Shown in pieces: positions 1 through 9,755 of a stretch of 50,862 bases of DNA. Source of the DNA: a virus (lineage: Duplodnaviria > Caudoviricetes); the IMG/VR virus record IMGVR_UViG_3300031566_000057, positions 1 through 50,862 of that record; one strand, written 5' to 3'. Under the pieces are notes generated by a model. It did not search any database and had not been told where the DNA came from. It worked only from the letters and a program-made list of their open reading frames with translations. A program made the translations under genes and the position numbers. Every line of letters starts with the position of its first letter. The stretch's first letter is position 1.

Positions 1-136
1 TGGTGTCGATTGGGCGAGGGCGTATGAGGTCGAAAAACCGGCAACGGCGAACCTCAACTACTTCGCCGGGCTGGTTGCTGGAGAGTCCGATTCCAAGACG
101 GGTCCGTGCTGGGTCAACATTATTGTGCCCGGCTCG
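1..136. repeat. Terminal direct repeat (circular assembly overlap), left copy
   Basis: 1-136 matches 50727-50862 except G127 vs A50853; unit genome about 50,726 bp. Confidence 0.97.
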
Positions 137-535
137 CCGCCTGGGGTCCTTTGCAAGGCGTGGACCTACGTAAGCTCCACGATTCTCACGACTCGGCTGG
201 CGGTCACTAACGATCAGTGGTATCTGACCACGGCCAGTTCCTCGACCGTCACGGTTGCAAGGGCGATGCAGACGTTGAACACCGCATCCACCGCCGCTCT
301 GACGTTGTGCCAACTGGAAGGTGCGCCGAGTGGGGGGATCGATGTTGTCGCCCTGGTTACTCCCACTGCCCCCACGCTTACCGGAGGCACCACTGGGGGC
401 GGGGCGGCCCTTGTTGGAACTACAGCATTGATCGGCGACATGCAGCGCGTCTTTGATGGCACGGCGAAGAACACAACGGACATTGCCGCGATCATCACGG
501 CGTTGAAGAACGCCAACCTGATGTCACTTACATAG
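1..535 (+). CDS. 3' part of short head-fibre/decoration protein (starts at 50599, crosses the join); paralog of 48550..50556
   Basis: Frame is continuous across the terminal repeat; shares N-domain (FAGxVA..ESD.K.GPCWVNII) and C-terminus (IITALxNANLM) with the long paralog. Confidence 0.85.
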   Translation, partial: GVDWARAYEVEKPATANLNYFAGLVAGESDSKTGPCWVNIIVPGSPPGVLCKAWTYVSSTILTTRLAVTNDQWYLTTASSSTVTVARAMQTLNTASTAALTLCQLEGAPSGGIDVVALVTPTAPTLTGGTTGGGAALVGTTALIGDMQRVFDGTAKNTTDIAAIITALKNANLMSLT

Positions 536-554
536 GGAGTCCTTCCCTGTCCCG

Positions 555-591
555 GACCTTGGGGGGGCCTTCCCCCCCAGGGTCTTTGTTT
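555..591 (+). terminator. Intrinsic terminator after capsid/head-fibre genes
   Basis: GACCTTGGGGGGG-cctt-CCCCCCCAGGGTC 13-bp stem followed by TTTGTTT. Confidence 0.75.
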
Positions 592-603
592 GGAGGATCA
601 TCA

Positions 604-1062
604 ATGTTCTTAGCAAGAGATCACATAGCCCTGACCGGGACTACGCAAGCGTTCATTGTCTTTCCCGTAGATGAGAACGGACTTGTCCTGCCGGTCGCCA
701 CAACTGCCGGACAGTCCACGGGCAACAGTTCCCTGGCGGTGATCGCCGCCCTGAAGGACCTGCTTGCGCCCACTGGGCAGACGACTTTGGGCAGTACCCT
801 GGCCGGAACTACGTGGGATGCCGCCACCGCGATCACGCTGCCTCTCGGTACGGAGTGGATCTACGTCACCCCAACAGAGGCCACGATGTTCTTCGTGAAC
901 ACCACGGGCAGTTCGGCCACGGCAAGTGACTGTGCCGACCTGACTGCGGACCAGTCCCATCAGTTCCGCGCGCCTTCGTCCACTGGAACCACGGGGTATC
1001 TGCACTACAAGGCCCCCGTTACGGGTGGAACGTTCAGAGTCACTGCGCTGGGGAACTATTGA
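604..1062 (+). CDS. Virion structural protein, Thr-rich beta protein
   Basis: GGAGG RBS before ATG 604; lies in the structural operon. Confidence 0.6.
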   Translation: MFLARDHIALTGTTQAFIVFPVDENGLVLPVATTAGQSTGNSSLAVIAALKDLLAPTGQTTLGSTLAGTTWDAATAITLPLGTEWIYVTPTEATMFFVNTTGSSATASDCADLTADQSHQFRAPSSTGTTGYLHYKAPVTGGTFRVTALGNY

Positions 1063-2498
1063 TGGCTGCAACAGTCATAACGGTTGACCCAAACAGCGGA
1101 GCCGGGTTCGACTTCACGACCATCCAGGCTGCGCTCGATGCGCATTCTATCGAGGCCCAGGAAGTTTATGATCTCGCTGAGGGATATGAAATCCAATGTC
1201 GCTCCGGGGAATGCGGGGCCTTCGACATCTCCTCCTGGACCCCCGTTCCGAGCGAGGCGTACCCACTCGTCATCTGTAACGCACCCGGTTACGAGCAGGT
1301 CGCGGCGAAGGGGGATAGGACCGGACCCTACATCACCCACACCAGCGGGAACGGTTGTCTCATCCGAGAACCTTGGGTGACCATCCGGGGCCTGCGGTTC
1401 TTCTCTACCGGCTCGTCGGCGGCTGTGACAGGACTGCTGGTGCAAGCCCAGTTTGGGGCAGATAACGTAACCATCGAAAACAACGTCGTCGAACTCACTG
1501 CCGACACTTCGCATTCGATGGGAATCAGGTGCGATTACGAAACCACCGCAACCGGCACGAAGGCTATCACGATCCGTCGGAACATCGTGTACGGTAACGA
1601 TGTCGCACTGGATTATATGTATGGCATCCTGGTCAAGGCTAGCAACGCAACGCAGGCCCGTGGCGATACGGCGCTCACGATGAATGCCGCCGTTTACTGC
1701 AATACGGTCAGTAAGATCAGTGCGAACGGGAACTTTGGTTGCGGCATCTGTGCGCTATCCTACAGCAACGCGGTGGCTGATTACAACCGCACCGTTGCGT
1801 CCGTAAACGCGGGGACGGATACCATCACGTTCACTGCCGCCCACAGTTGCCCCTATGACGGCTATGCCATCAAGTTCACCACGACGGTAGGGGATCTTCC
1901 AGCACCGCTTGACACCGCAACGACCTACTACACGCATGTGGAATCGGCTACCGAGATCACCCTTTTCGACACACGCGCGAACGCCTGGACGGACTATGAT
2001 GGCACGATGGGCCTCATCAACTTGACCGATGGTGGTAGTGGCACGCACACCGGGGTCTTCACGGACGACACGAACGACGTGACGACGATTAACATGACGA
2101 CCAAGGACAACGCCGTTGCCATGACCGGCGACGGTGAGTGTTACGTCGAGGCGGAGACCCTGACAGGTTCGGGTAGTGCGACCGTGGACTGGACCACGGG
2201 CGTCAGCGACTACAACGCCGGGACGGACACGACTGCCACGAGCGTGTGCGGCGGGGCGAACAACGTGGACAGCGCGACCATTGGGGACCTGTGGGCGGAT
2301 GCTGACGCGAACCTGGCGGTCGCGGCCGGCAGTCCCCTGATCGCCGCCGGCGTGGCGATCCCCGGCATTGCCACCGACGCGATCGGCAATCCCTACAAGG
2401 ACCCCCCGAGCATTGGGGCACTGGAATACATCCGGCCTACGTCTACCGGAACATCCACTACCACTGCACGGCGACTTGGATTGGGGTTCTTCCCATGA
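1059..2498 (+). CDS. Right-handed beta-helix (pectin-lyase-like) virion protein with inserted beta domain; possible spike
   Basis: DFTTIQAALDA start, VTIRGLRF/VTIENNVV/ITIRRNIVY rungs, GSPLIAAG...DAIGNP..PSIGALEY cap. Confidence 0.6.
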   Translation: MMAATVITVDPNSGAGFDFTTIQAALDAHSIEAQEVYDLAEGYEIQCRSGECGAFDISSWTPVPSEAYPLVICNAPGYEQVAAKGDRTGPYITHTSGNGCLIREPWVTIRGLRFFSTGSSAAVTGLLVQAQFGADNVTIENNVVELTADTSHSMGIRCDYETTATGTKAITIRRNIVYGNDVALDYMYGILVKASNATQARGDTALTMNAAVYCNTVSKISANGNFGCGICALSYSNAVADYNRTVASVNAGTDTITFTAAHSCPYDGYAIKFTTTVGDLPAPLDTATTYYTHVESATEITLFDTRANAWTDYDGTMGLINLTDGGSGTHTGVFTDDTNDVTTINMTTKDNAVAMTGDGECYVEAETLTGSGSATVDWTTGVSDYNAGTDTTATSVCGGANNVDSATIGDLWADADANLAVAAGSPLIAAGVAIPGIATDAIGNPYKDPPSIGALEYIRPTSTGTSTTTARRLGLGFFP

Positions 2499-3448
2499 GC
2501 GAACCGACGATCAACTTGGCGTTTCTGGACCTCTATACGGAGGTGGCTGATTATCTGGGATGGGGAAGAACTCCTACCACGGCCAGGGTCGCCGAAGCCA
2601 AGCGCTATGTGAACAACGGCTATCGGAGGTTCCTCTACCCCATCGACCCGAGAACCAGCAAAGCATACCACTGGAGCTTTCTGGCCCCTGAAGCCACTAT
2701 CATAGCCTGGCCGACCACGGGAGGGTCGATGACCGTGACGGACAGCACGACGGTCACGGATACAAGCAACACGCCATTTCATGCCTCCATGATCGGGCAT
2801 ACGATTGTAGCAGATGACAGCGAGAACGAATATACCATTACGGCCTACACCTCGACTTCCGTGGTGACGATAGGCACCACCGGCACTACGGATACGGGGG
2901 AAGCGTTTACGATTACTGCGGACGGGACGTATTCCCTGCCGGATGATTTCGGGGGCTTGATAGATGGGCCTGCCTTCGATTCCACCGGCGGTCTTAGTGA
3001 CATTCGAGAACGAACCGTTGCCTGGATGCGCGACCGCATCGCGGGAGGAGGCACACAAACTGGCGAGATGGATTCTTTTGCCATCCAGCCCATGACGTTT
3101 GCCACAGCTACGGGGCAGAGATACGAAATACTCGTCGGACCAATCCCCACGGCGGACAAGACGCTCTACTACCGTTACCGCATCAACCCTGCGAAACTGA
3201 GTGCCGACACAGATTACCCGTATGGGGGTCCGGCTCACGCCGAAACCATACTGGAATTGTCCTTGGCCGCCGCCGAGGAACGACTTCAGGACGGCCAGGA
3301 CTTCCATCAGGTGCGCGCGCAGCGGTTGTTGGCTGCAAGTATAGATTTGGACGCCTCATTCAAGGGCAGGAACTTAGGCTACTGCGGGGACTACTCCGAC
3401 GATACGGGTCCGATTTGGGACCGGCGCATCAACGACGTGACTTACTAA
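2495..3448 (+). CDS. Putative head-tail adaptor protein
   Basis: N-terminal helices (AKRYVNNGYRRF), YSLPDDFG and GPIPTAD..LYYRY motifs typical of podoviral adaptors; upstream of nozzle. Confidence 0.6.
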   Translation: MSEPTINLAFLDLYTEVADYLGWGRTPTTARVAEAKRYVNNGYRRFLYPIDPRTSKAYHWSFLAPEATIIAWPTTGGSMTVTDSTTVTDTSNTPFHASMIGHTIVADDSENEYTITAYTSTSVVTIGTTGTTDTGEAFTITADGTYSLPDDFGGLIDGPAFDSTGGLSDIRERTVAWMRDRIAGGGTQTGEMDSFAIQPMTFATATGQRYEILVGPIPTADKTLYYRYRINPAKLSADTDYPYGGPAHAETILELSLAAAEERLQDGQDFHQVRAQRLLAASIDLDASFKGRNLGYCGDYSDDTGPIWDRRINDVTY

Positions 3449-3458
3449 GGAGACTTCG

Positions 3459-3806
3459 ATGTCCGTCAACAATCTTACTCAGAAGATGAAAGAGGCGCGG
3501 ACCTGGACGGTGAAGACCGCCACCGCGGCCCTCACCAGCCCCGAAATCAGGTTCGGGTTCGTCAAGGCTGTCCACGCGCTTACGGCTATCGTTCTGACGC
3601 TCCCGCCCGCATCCGCATCGTTTGAGGGTGCTGATCTTCTGATCGCCAGCGGAGGCGCGGCCAGCGTGAAGGTCTACGTGTTGGCCGGGTTCGGAGGGAC
3701 AACGTCCAAGGACACCTTTACTCTGGCGCAAGGGGACATGGTTCATTGTTTCTGCGATGGGGCTTACTGGTACGGAACGAACGTGACAACTGGGGCCGCA
3801 ACATAA
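3459..3806 (+). CDS. Small virion protein, paralog A
   Basis: AAGGAG RBS; C-terminus DTFTLAQGDMVHCFCDGAYWYGTNVTT shared with next gene. Confidence 0.7.
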   Translation: MSVNNLTQKMKEARTWTVKTATAALTSPEIRFGFVKAVHALTAIVLTLPPASASFEGADLLIASGGAASVKVYVLAGFGGTTSKDTFTLAQGDMVHCFCDGAYWYGTNVTTGAAT

Positions 3807-3816
3807 GGAGAGGCAC

Positions 3817-4152
3817 ATGGCTTCGATAATCAATCTGCACCACCAGATGGTCAAGGCGCGGCGCTTCACTGCCAAAACCGCCACGGCCACGCTGGTGAAG
3901 AACGAGGTTCGGTATGGCTTCGTCAGCGCCACGTCGGGCAGTTCGGTGGCTTTGACTATGCCGGATGTTGACGGGACGATGAAGGGGTATGACTGCCTGA
4001 TCGCGGCCGGGGGAGCCGGTGCGGTGACGGTCGTTGACTCTGACGGCTTCGGGGGTGGCGCGGACACCTTCACTCTCGCCCAGGGTGATATGGTTCATAT
4101 GTTCTGCGATGGTGTCTACTGGTACGGCACGAACGTCACCACAAGTGCATAA
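3817..4152 (+). CDS. Small virion protein, paralog B
   Basis: AAGGAG RBS; aligns end to end with 3459..3806. Confidence 0.7.
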   Translation: MASIINLHHQMVKARRFTAKTATATLVKNEVRYGFVSATSGSSVALTMPDVDGTMKGYDCLIAAGGAGAVTVVDSDGFGGGADTFTLAQGDMVHMFCDGVYWYGTNVTTSA

Positions 4153-6335
4153 TGGCTAAAGAGGTCCAGTGGCCGTTTCCCATCAAGGGATACGACGCGA
4201 ATTGGGCGTACTCGGATCAACCCCCGTTTACCACCCCCTCCGCGTCGAATGTGCGGGGGTACTCCGCCGACAGCGAGCGCGCGCGCGGGGGCTCACGACC
4301 CGGTATCAAGCAAGCCTACTCTCAGCAGGTGGGGGATACATCCAACCCCATCCAATGGGTCGGGTGGCTTGATAAAGGGTTTGGGGATACCGTCCTCTAC
4401 AAGGACCTGTTCGCCTACACCAATGGTGCGCTCAGCGGTCAGACTGCGTGGACTGGGGATACTGAGGTAGTCGTCAAGAACGGCTACGTCCACCTCAATA
4501 GCATGGTAACTGATAAGGCAGTTACCTATGCGAGCTTCGCTTCGGATGACTGGCAGGACTTCACCCTCGAATGCGACCTGGCGTGGAACTGGGGGTCTAC
4601 GGGTTCTATCTCCCTGTGGGTCTCCAGTGCCAGCGATGCAGGAACCGATGGGGCCAAGGTCACTGTGTCATTCACCAGCACGGAGATCCCCTCTCCGGGG
4701 TTGGGGTTCAGCAGCGTAGTCCAGATCGACCTTGCCTCTGGTGCGAACACGGACAAGTACACCGCCTCCTATGGGATGCTGATGTCCGTGAGGGGTAGTA
4801 ATCTCATTATCAAGGCGACCAAAGATCGGGTCACCGTCAATTGGCTCGGGGCGGAAGTGGCCTCTGTGGCAAGAGATGATGGTACTTGCGATCAGGCCGG
4901 GTTCAAGATGACCATGAGCAATCCGGTGACAGCGGCATGGTGGCCGGACACTCTGGTTGACTTCCGCATCATGGACTGGCTCCTGACGGCTGTGACACGA
5001 CCTACGACCTTGGCGCGAGAACTGGTGACTGTCTCCAACCGAACCATCTGGGCGGAGTCCGCTGAAGGAACGATGGGGAGTAGCTACGTCGATTCCAACC
5101 AGCTAACCTCCGGTATCTCCCTGATCTCCGCCGCGTACTGCAACGGGAACCTGTTCTTCCTGGATGGTACTCAGCCCTTGTGGTACAATCCTATGGCTGC
5201 CTCCGATTCGGTTGTTACCTGGAGCGCCCGGAAGGGGAAGATCGTCAACACCTGTCGGGGGATAGTGAACTGGCGCAACCGCGTTGTGCTGTTCAACTCG
5301 GTGGAAGACCCTCAGAACTACTACATGAGCCGATTGGGAGACCCTTGGGACTGGGATTACGGCAAGATGGACGCCGAAAGCGCCGTCGCCGGTAATCAGA
5401 CCATGAACGGGCGGATCGGCGATCCCATCAAAGCAATGTGCCCGATCTCCGACGACGTGCTTATCATCGGCTGCACCCGTTCGGTGTGGGCGATGTACGG
5501 CGACCCAATGGCGGGGGGGTACGTCACAAGACTCTCCGACCAGACCGGAATCGTCGGTCAGAACGCCTGGACAACCGACCCCCAGGGGAACCTCTACTTC
5601 ATGGGCGAGGAAGGTCTGTTTGTCCTTCCTCCCAGGGGAAAGCCGCAGAACCTCACGCGCCATCGGATACCGAGTCTCGGAAGCCACGACCCCGTAATGA
5701 CTGGTACTACCGGGAGCGCGGGGGAATACTACGTTACTCTGGCTTACGACGCCGACAGGCATGGTGTGGTGATCTTCCAGACTCCCTACTCTACTGGAAC
5801 CGCGGAGCACTACTTCTACGACATTCGGACGGATGCCTTCTGGCCCGAAGCCTATCCCACAACCGTTGGACCGACTTGTGCGGCCTTCTACAACGCCGCC
5901 GGTCCTACCTATCGCAAGCTCCTTCTGGGCGGGACGAACGGGTATCTGTACGAATATTCAGATTCCCAGAACTACGACCTTCCTACAACTGGTGGGACCA
6001 CGGCGATTTCAAGTTACGTCTGGTACACCCCCAGGCAGTTTGGGGGACCCATCAGGGATGCGATTGTCACGAAGGTTGTAGGAACACTGTCTTCGGGAAG
6101 CGAGAGTACCATCTTCGGGGTCTATGCTGCTGACGTACCAGAGACACTCACAGGGATGTCATCTGGGGTGGTGGGGTCTAGTGGCAACTGGACCGCGGGG
6201 TTGAACTACGCGGACAGAACAAGGGTAAGGGGAGGCGCGCACAGCATCAAGGTCTCCAACGCGACAGCGGATCAGGGCTGGGCCGTTGAGAATGTAACCG
6301 TCGAGGTCTTCCCCGGTGGGGAGTTGAGGAAGTGA
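4152..6335 (+). CDS. Tail nozzle/stabilisation protein (P22 gp10 / T7 gp12-like beta-propeller) with inserted lectin-like domain
   Basis: 727 aa; NVRG..RGGSRPG N-terminus, [29 protein letters not shown]; position after adaptor. Confidence 0.7.
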   Translation: MAKEVQWPFPIKGYDANWAYSDQPPFTTPSASNVRGYSADSERARGGSRPGIKQAYSQQVGDTSNPIQWVGWLDKGFGDTVLYKDLFAYTNGALSGQTAWTGDTEVVVKNGYVHLNSMVTDKAVTYASFASDDWQDFTLECDLAWNWGSTGSISLWVSSASDAGTDGAKVTVSFTSTEIPSPGLGFSSVVQIDLASGANTDKYTASYGMLMSVRGSNLIIKATKDRVTVNWLGAEVASVARDDGTCDQAGFKMTMSNPVTAAWWPDTLVDFRIMDWLLTAVTRPTTLARELVTVSNRTIWAESAEGTMGSSYVDSNQLTSGISLISAAYCNGNLFFLDGTQPLWYNPMAASDSVVTWSARKGKIVNTCRGIVNWRNRVVLFNSVEDPQNYYMSRLGDPWDWDYGKMDAESAVAGNQTMNGRIGDPIKAMCPISDDVLIIGCTRSVWAMYGDPMAGGYVTRLSDQTGIVGQNAWTTDPQGNLYFMGEEGLFVLPPRGKPQNLTRHRIPSLGSHDPVMTGTTGSAGEYYVTLAYDADRHGVVIFQTPYSTGTAEHYFYDIRTDAFWPEAYPTTVGPTCAAFYNAAGPTYRKLLLGGTNGYLYEYSDSQNYDLPTTGGTTAISSYVWYTPRQFGGPIRDAIVTKVVGTLSSGSESTIFGVYAADVPETLTGMSSGVVGSSGNWTAGLNYADRTRVRGGAHSIKVSNATADQGWAVENVTVEVFPGGELRK

Positions 6336-7147
6336 GGCCCCCGAGAAACCCCCCAGATAAGGTAATCATCCAGCAGGGCGCTCAGACCCTAGACGAGGCC
6401 CTGCGGAACCTGCGCTTGGTCTACTCAGGGTCCTTGGCTGATGGTAGGTCGCTTGAAGGAGAGGATGGGGTTTATACTGTACGGGTCATTCCTCCCTTGG
6501 AAGTGACGGACGAAGGCTTAGTCATCAACCTGCACGACCCGATGATGCAGGTGCTTCTGCGGGTCAGGTTTGATAATGAGGACCCCGAGCTTGTTCTTCC
6601 GTCCGAGGTGGGAGTTACTGCCGGGGGGACGGCGGGCGTAACTTCGTTGCCCGCCCGCAGGGATCACGTACACGGCTTGCAGATGTTCGACGGGGTGCCG
6701 GAGACAGTCACCACCGCTGTAGGAGATGCAGGGACCACTCTTTCTCCGGCTCGCGGGGACCATGTCCATCAGGGCGTAGGATTAACGGGGCCTATAGGGC
6801 CAACAGGCGCAACGGGCTCAACAGGTGCAACAGGCCCTCAAGGGACAACAGGGCCAACAGGCTCAACAGGCCCAACAGGCGCAACAGGTTCAACGGGCTC
6901 AGCGGGTTCCACAGGGCCAACAGGACCAACAGGGCCAACAGGGTCAACTGGGGCTACAGGCTCGACAGGGGCTACAGGTTCAACGGGGCCAATAAGCGGC
7001 GGCGACAACCTCTGGACGTTCGTTGCGGGGGCCAACTTGGTGCATGGGATAATTGGCGCTGGCGGGGCAGGGCTTGTCGGAACCACGGTCAGTCCAGTGA
7101 ACACAATTGTGTTCGATCAGGCGGGGCACATACTGAGCGCGTCTTAG
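6332..7147 (+). CDS. Collagen-like tail fibre protein
   Basis: Two ARxDHVH motifs then 24 Gly-X-Y triplets. Confidence 0.75.
   Translation: MRPPRNPPDKVIIQQGAQTLDEALRNLRLVYSGSLADGRSLEGEDGVYTVRVIPPLEVTDEGLVINLHDPMMQVLLRVRFDNEDPELVLPSEVGVTAGGTAGVTSLPARRDHVHGLQMFDGVPETVTTAVGDAGTTLSPARGDHVHQGVGLTGPIGPTGATGSTGATGPQGTTGPTGSTGPTGATGSTGSAGSTGPTGPTGPTGSTGATGSTGATGSTGPISGGDNLWTFVAGANLVHGIIGAGGAGLVGTTVSPVNTIVFDQAGHILSAS
6779..6994 (+). repeat. Collagen 9-bp repeat, 24 Gly-X-Y triplets, mostly G-X-T
   Basis: GPT/GAT/GST run in the translation. Confidence 0.9.
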
Positions 7148-7611
7148 GGTTTCTGTGGCTTATTCGGGAGTTCTTTGTCGCGCCAGTGGCCGAGTTTAGC
7201 GCTCCCGATTGTTTCCCCTTGGTAGCGCAGTTCGACTAGTAGGGGAGCGCCCGAGAAGCCCTTGTGTCGTTTCAGCCATTGTTCGCCGAGAGTCTGGCAG
7301 GAAGCGTTGGCCGCCTCCTCAAAGCGCTGTTTGTCAGCTTGGCGGACCTGATACCCGCTGGCGCGCAGAAGGATGTGGTTGTCTGTCAGCCGGGCACCAA
7401 GTTCGGTGATGAAAGTGAATCGGTTCAGCATAATCCGTTCGGCCGTGCGGAAGCCACTCAACCGACACTCCCACTCTGCCTTCGTCATGGAGACTTCGGT
7501 GTTGAGGGAATCCGACAGGTACGGGAACTTCTTCTTCTCGGCTTCCTTCCCCGCGGCAAAAGCACCGGCGACGAGAAGCCCGACCAGACAGACGATCAGC
7601 AGACGTTTCAT
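7144..7611 (-). CDS. Exported/membrane protein moron; candidate superinfection-exclusion protein
   Basis: Signal peptide [28 protein letters not shown], own promoter, inverted within the virion operon. Confidence 0.65.
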   Translation of the reverse strand: MKRLLIVCLVGLLVAGAFAAGKEAEKKKFPYLSDSLNTEVSMTKAEWECRLSGFRTAERIMLNRFTFITELGARLTDNHILLRASGYQVRQADKQRFEEAANASCQTLGEQWLKRHKGFSGAPLLVELRYQGETIGSAKLGHWRDKELPNKPQKP

Positions 7612-7632
7612 GGCGATGCTCCTTTCGCCTCC

Positions 7633-7661
7633 ATTATAGCACCCTCGGAGGGATTAGTCAA
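7633..7661 (-). promoter_or_regulatory. sigma70 promoter of the moron
   Basis: Minus strand TTGACT-17 bp-TATAAT with extended TG. Confidence 0.85.
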
Positions 7662-8239
7662 TGCCAACACCCGCAAGTATCGAATCCATGAGGCTGGAGC
7701 ACGAGCGCCGGGAGGGCCGCCGCGCCCAGCAGGCAACCGCCCGCACTGCTCGGATCGCCCGGAACACCGCCCGCTACGGCAAGAAGCCTGCGGCGCAAAC
7801 CAAGATAGTCAGGGGCCTTAGCCCCGCCGGGGCCTTCCGGCGCAAGATGATGCAGTGGATGCAGGGGTCCCTTTTCCAGCAACTCCAAGGGGAGCAGGCT
7901 TCAGCGAACAAAGCAAACCTCCAGAGATACTACCAAGCCTTGGCCCAGTGGAACCAGGTAGGACAGGCCGAGATGCAGACCATCGGGAGGAACCTTCGCC
8001 AAGGCCAGGCGATGGGCAGGCAGTCGCTCATCAACCGGGGTTTGGGGAACACCACCGTCGTCGGACCCATGATGAACAGGATGCAGGAGTCCGCGGACAT
8101 CAGCAGGCTGAACGTCCGGGGAATGGTGGCTAGGGGGAAGGCTGGGATCATCGAGCGCCGGACGGACTTGGGGCCGAACATGCAGGCTTACGGTCAAGCG
8201 CTGAGGGCGTGGGGTCAGACAGGCAGGCCGGTGGACTGA
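7661..8239 (+). CDS. Putative ejection (pilot) protein 1
   Basis: Gln/Ala/Arg-rich helical protein with QSLINRGLGNTTV motif; follows tail genes. Confidence 0.5.
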   Translation: MPTPASIESMRLEHERREGRRAQQATARTARIARNTARYGKKPAAQTKIVRGLSPAGAFRRKMMQWMQGSLFQQLQGEQASANKANLQRYYQALAQWNQVGQAEMQTIGRNLRQGQAMGRQSLINRGLGNTTVVGPMMNRMQESADISRLNVRGMVARGKAGIIERRTDLGPNMQAYGQALRAWGQTGRPVD

Positions 8240-8240
8240 T

Positions 8241-9755
8241 ATGCCAATCACGATACAGCATGGTAATGTAGGTCGCTACACCAAGATGATGTACCGTCTT
8301 GGCAGAGTGGAGCGCGCGGATGCGGAGGAACTCCGCCAGCGGAAGCTCCAGGACCAGCAGGCCAAAGAAGAGAGAGAGTGGGGCCGGTGGCAGCAGAAGC
8401 AAGCTGCTGAACAGGAGGCGTGGAGGGGGCAGGAGGCTACTCGACAGGGAGGGCGCAGGGAACTCGCACAGTACGGGACCGATGTTGGCTTTGCGATGGA
8501 GGCGTATCGGCAGCGCGGGAGGGAAGGTGCGCAGGGCCGTGCGAGAGGATATGCCCTTCAAGACCAGAAGGCCAAGAGGGACAAGGAGACTGCTGAGGCC
8601 AATGCGGAACTCGCCATCTTCTCGTCTACGGGTCTCCTGGAAGCTATTGATATAGCCGACCCGATGATGGGGAGGCTGACTCGACAAGTCCTGCAAACTG
8701 TTCAACAGGGGAAGGTCAAGCCTTCTGACGCTGCAAGGTTTCTCCGGGGGAAGATGACACAGTTCAATACCATGTCGAAGGTTCAGGCCCAAAGGGCTAA
8801 GGCGGGAGAAGCCACTGAGGCGAAGGGGAAGAAGCTCAAGCTGACAACCACGAACACGAACCTGAAGGCGGATGTCAAGAGGACGCAGGGGAACATCTCT
8901 CTGCTCCAGAAGCTCACTGCTGAGGCCACGAAGGTGAAGCAGGCGCGCAAACAGATAGCAACGGCGCGGAAGAAATACGAATCGGGAATCGACAAGGAAA
9001 TGACCGAGAGTACGGCCAGGGACAAGAATCAGGCGGCCTTGGAGAAAGCTCAGGACGCGGAAGCAACATCACTGGCGGCGATTGGCGCTGGGATGGTCGC
9101 CCTTGGATTAGATGGGCAGAACCCAAAGGCGGTGGAGGCTTTCATTGCGGCCCCTCTCGTCCATATCGCTCAGGCACAACAGCAGCTCCAGCAGCAGGAA
9201 GGCGCTCTTGCTGAGAACGTCACACAACAAGGAGAAGCCGAGTTGGGTATCGAGGCTGCCCAAGATCCGACACTCGGACCCCCAACTGACTGGGCCGCCC
9301 AGCGCGAGGCACAGGGGGCACAATGGGCAGAGGCTGATGCACAGGCACCCGCCCAGCCCGTTCCTGTCGAACCCATGATGGGTCCAAGTGAACCCCAAAT
9401 GGGTCCAGAGCAACCGCCCGCAGCCGAACCCGAAATGGCCGGGGTTCCCGACCCCAGCACAGGATCGGAAGAGCAGATCGCCGCCTTTGTGGGCCGGGAC
9501 ACTACCGCCGACCTTGCTCGCAAGATGACGCTTCGGATCGGGGAGGCGGAGACCCGCCGGTGGATTGCCCAATACCTTCTGCGCAAGTCCCCAAGCGAGG
9601 GGATTCGGCGCGAGGCTTACAAGCGGATGCTGGGTATGGCGGCGATGGGGATGATTCCTCCCCTTCGGAAAGGACAGCTTGACCCTGAAGACGAGGAGCA
9701 GTTCGTGATCTTCATGCAGGCTATCGGACTCTTGAGGCCAGCAAGTGCCGACTGA
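8241..9755 (+). CDS. Putative ejection protein 2, coiled-coil
   Basis: 504 aa Gln/Ala/Glu/Lys-rich; middle gene of a small-medium-large trio. Confidence 0.5.
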   Translation: MPITIQHGNVGRYTKMMYRLGRVERADAEELRQRKLQDQQAKEEREWGRWQQKQAAEQEAWRGQEATRQGGRRELAQYGTDVGFAMEAYRQRGREGAQGRARGYALQDQKAKRDKETAEANAELAIFSSTGLLEAIDIADPMMGRLTRQVLQTVQQGKVKPSDAARFLRGKMTQFNTMSKVQAQRAKAGEATEAKGKKLKLTTTNTNLKADVKRTQGNISLLQKLTAEATKVKQARKQIATARKKYESGIDKEMTESTARDKNQAALEKAQDAEATSLAAIGAGMVALGLDGQNPKAVEAFIAAPLVHIAQAQQQLQQQEGALAENVTQQGEAELGIEAAQDPTLGPPTDWAAQREAQGAQWAEADAQAPAQPVPVEPMMGPSEPQMGPEQPPAAEPEMAGVPDPSTGSEEQIAAFVGRDTTADLARKMTLRIGEAETRRWIAQYLLRKSPSEGIRREAYKRMLGMAAMGMIPPLRKGQLDPEDEEQFVIFMQAIGLLRPASAD

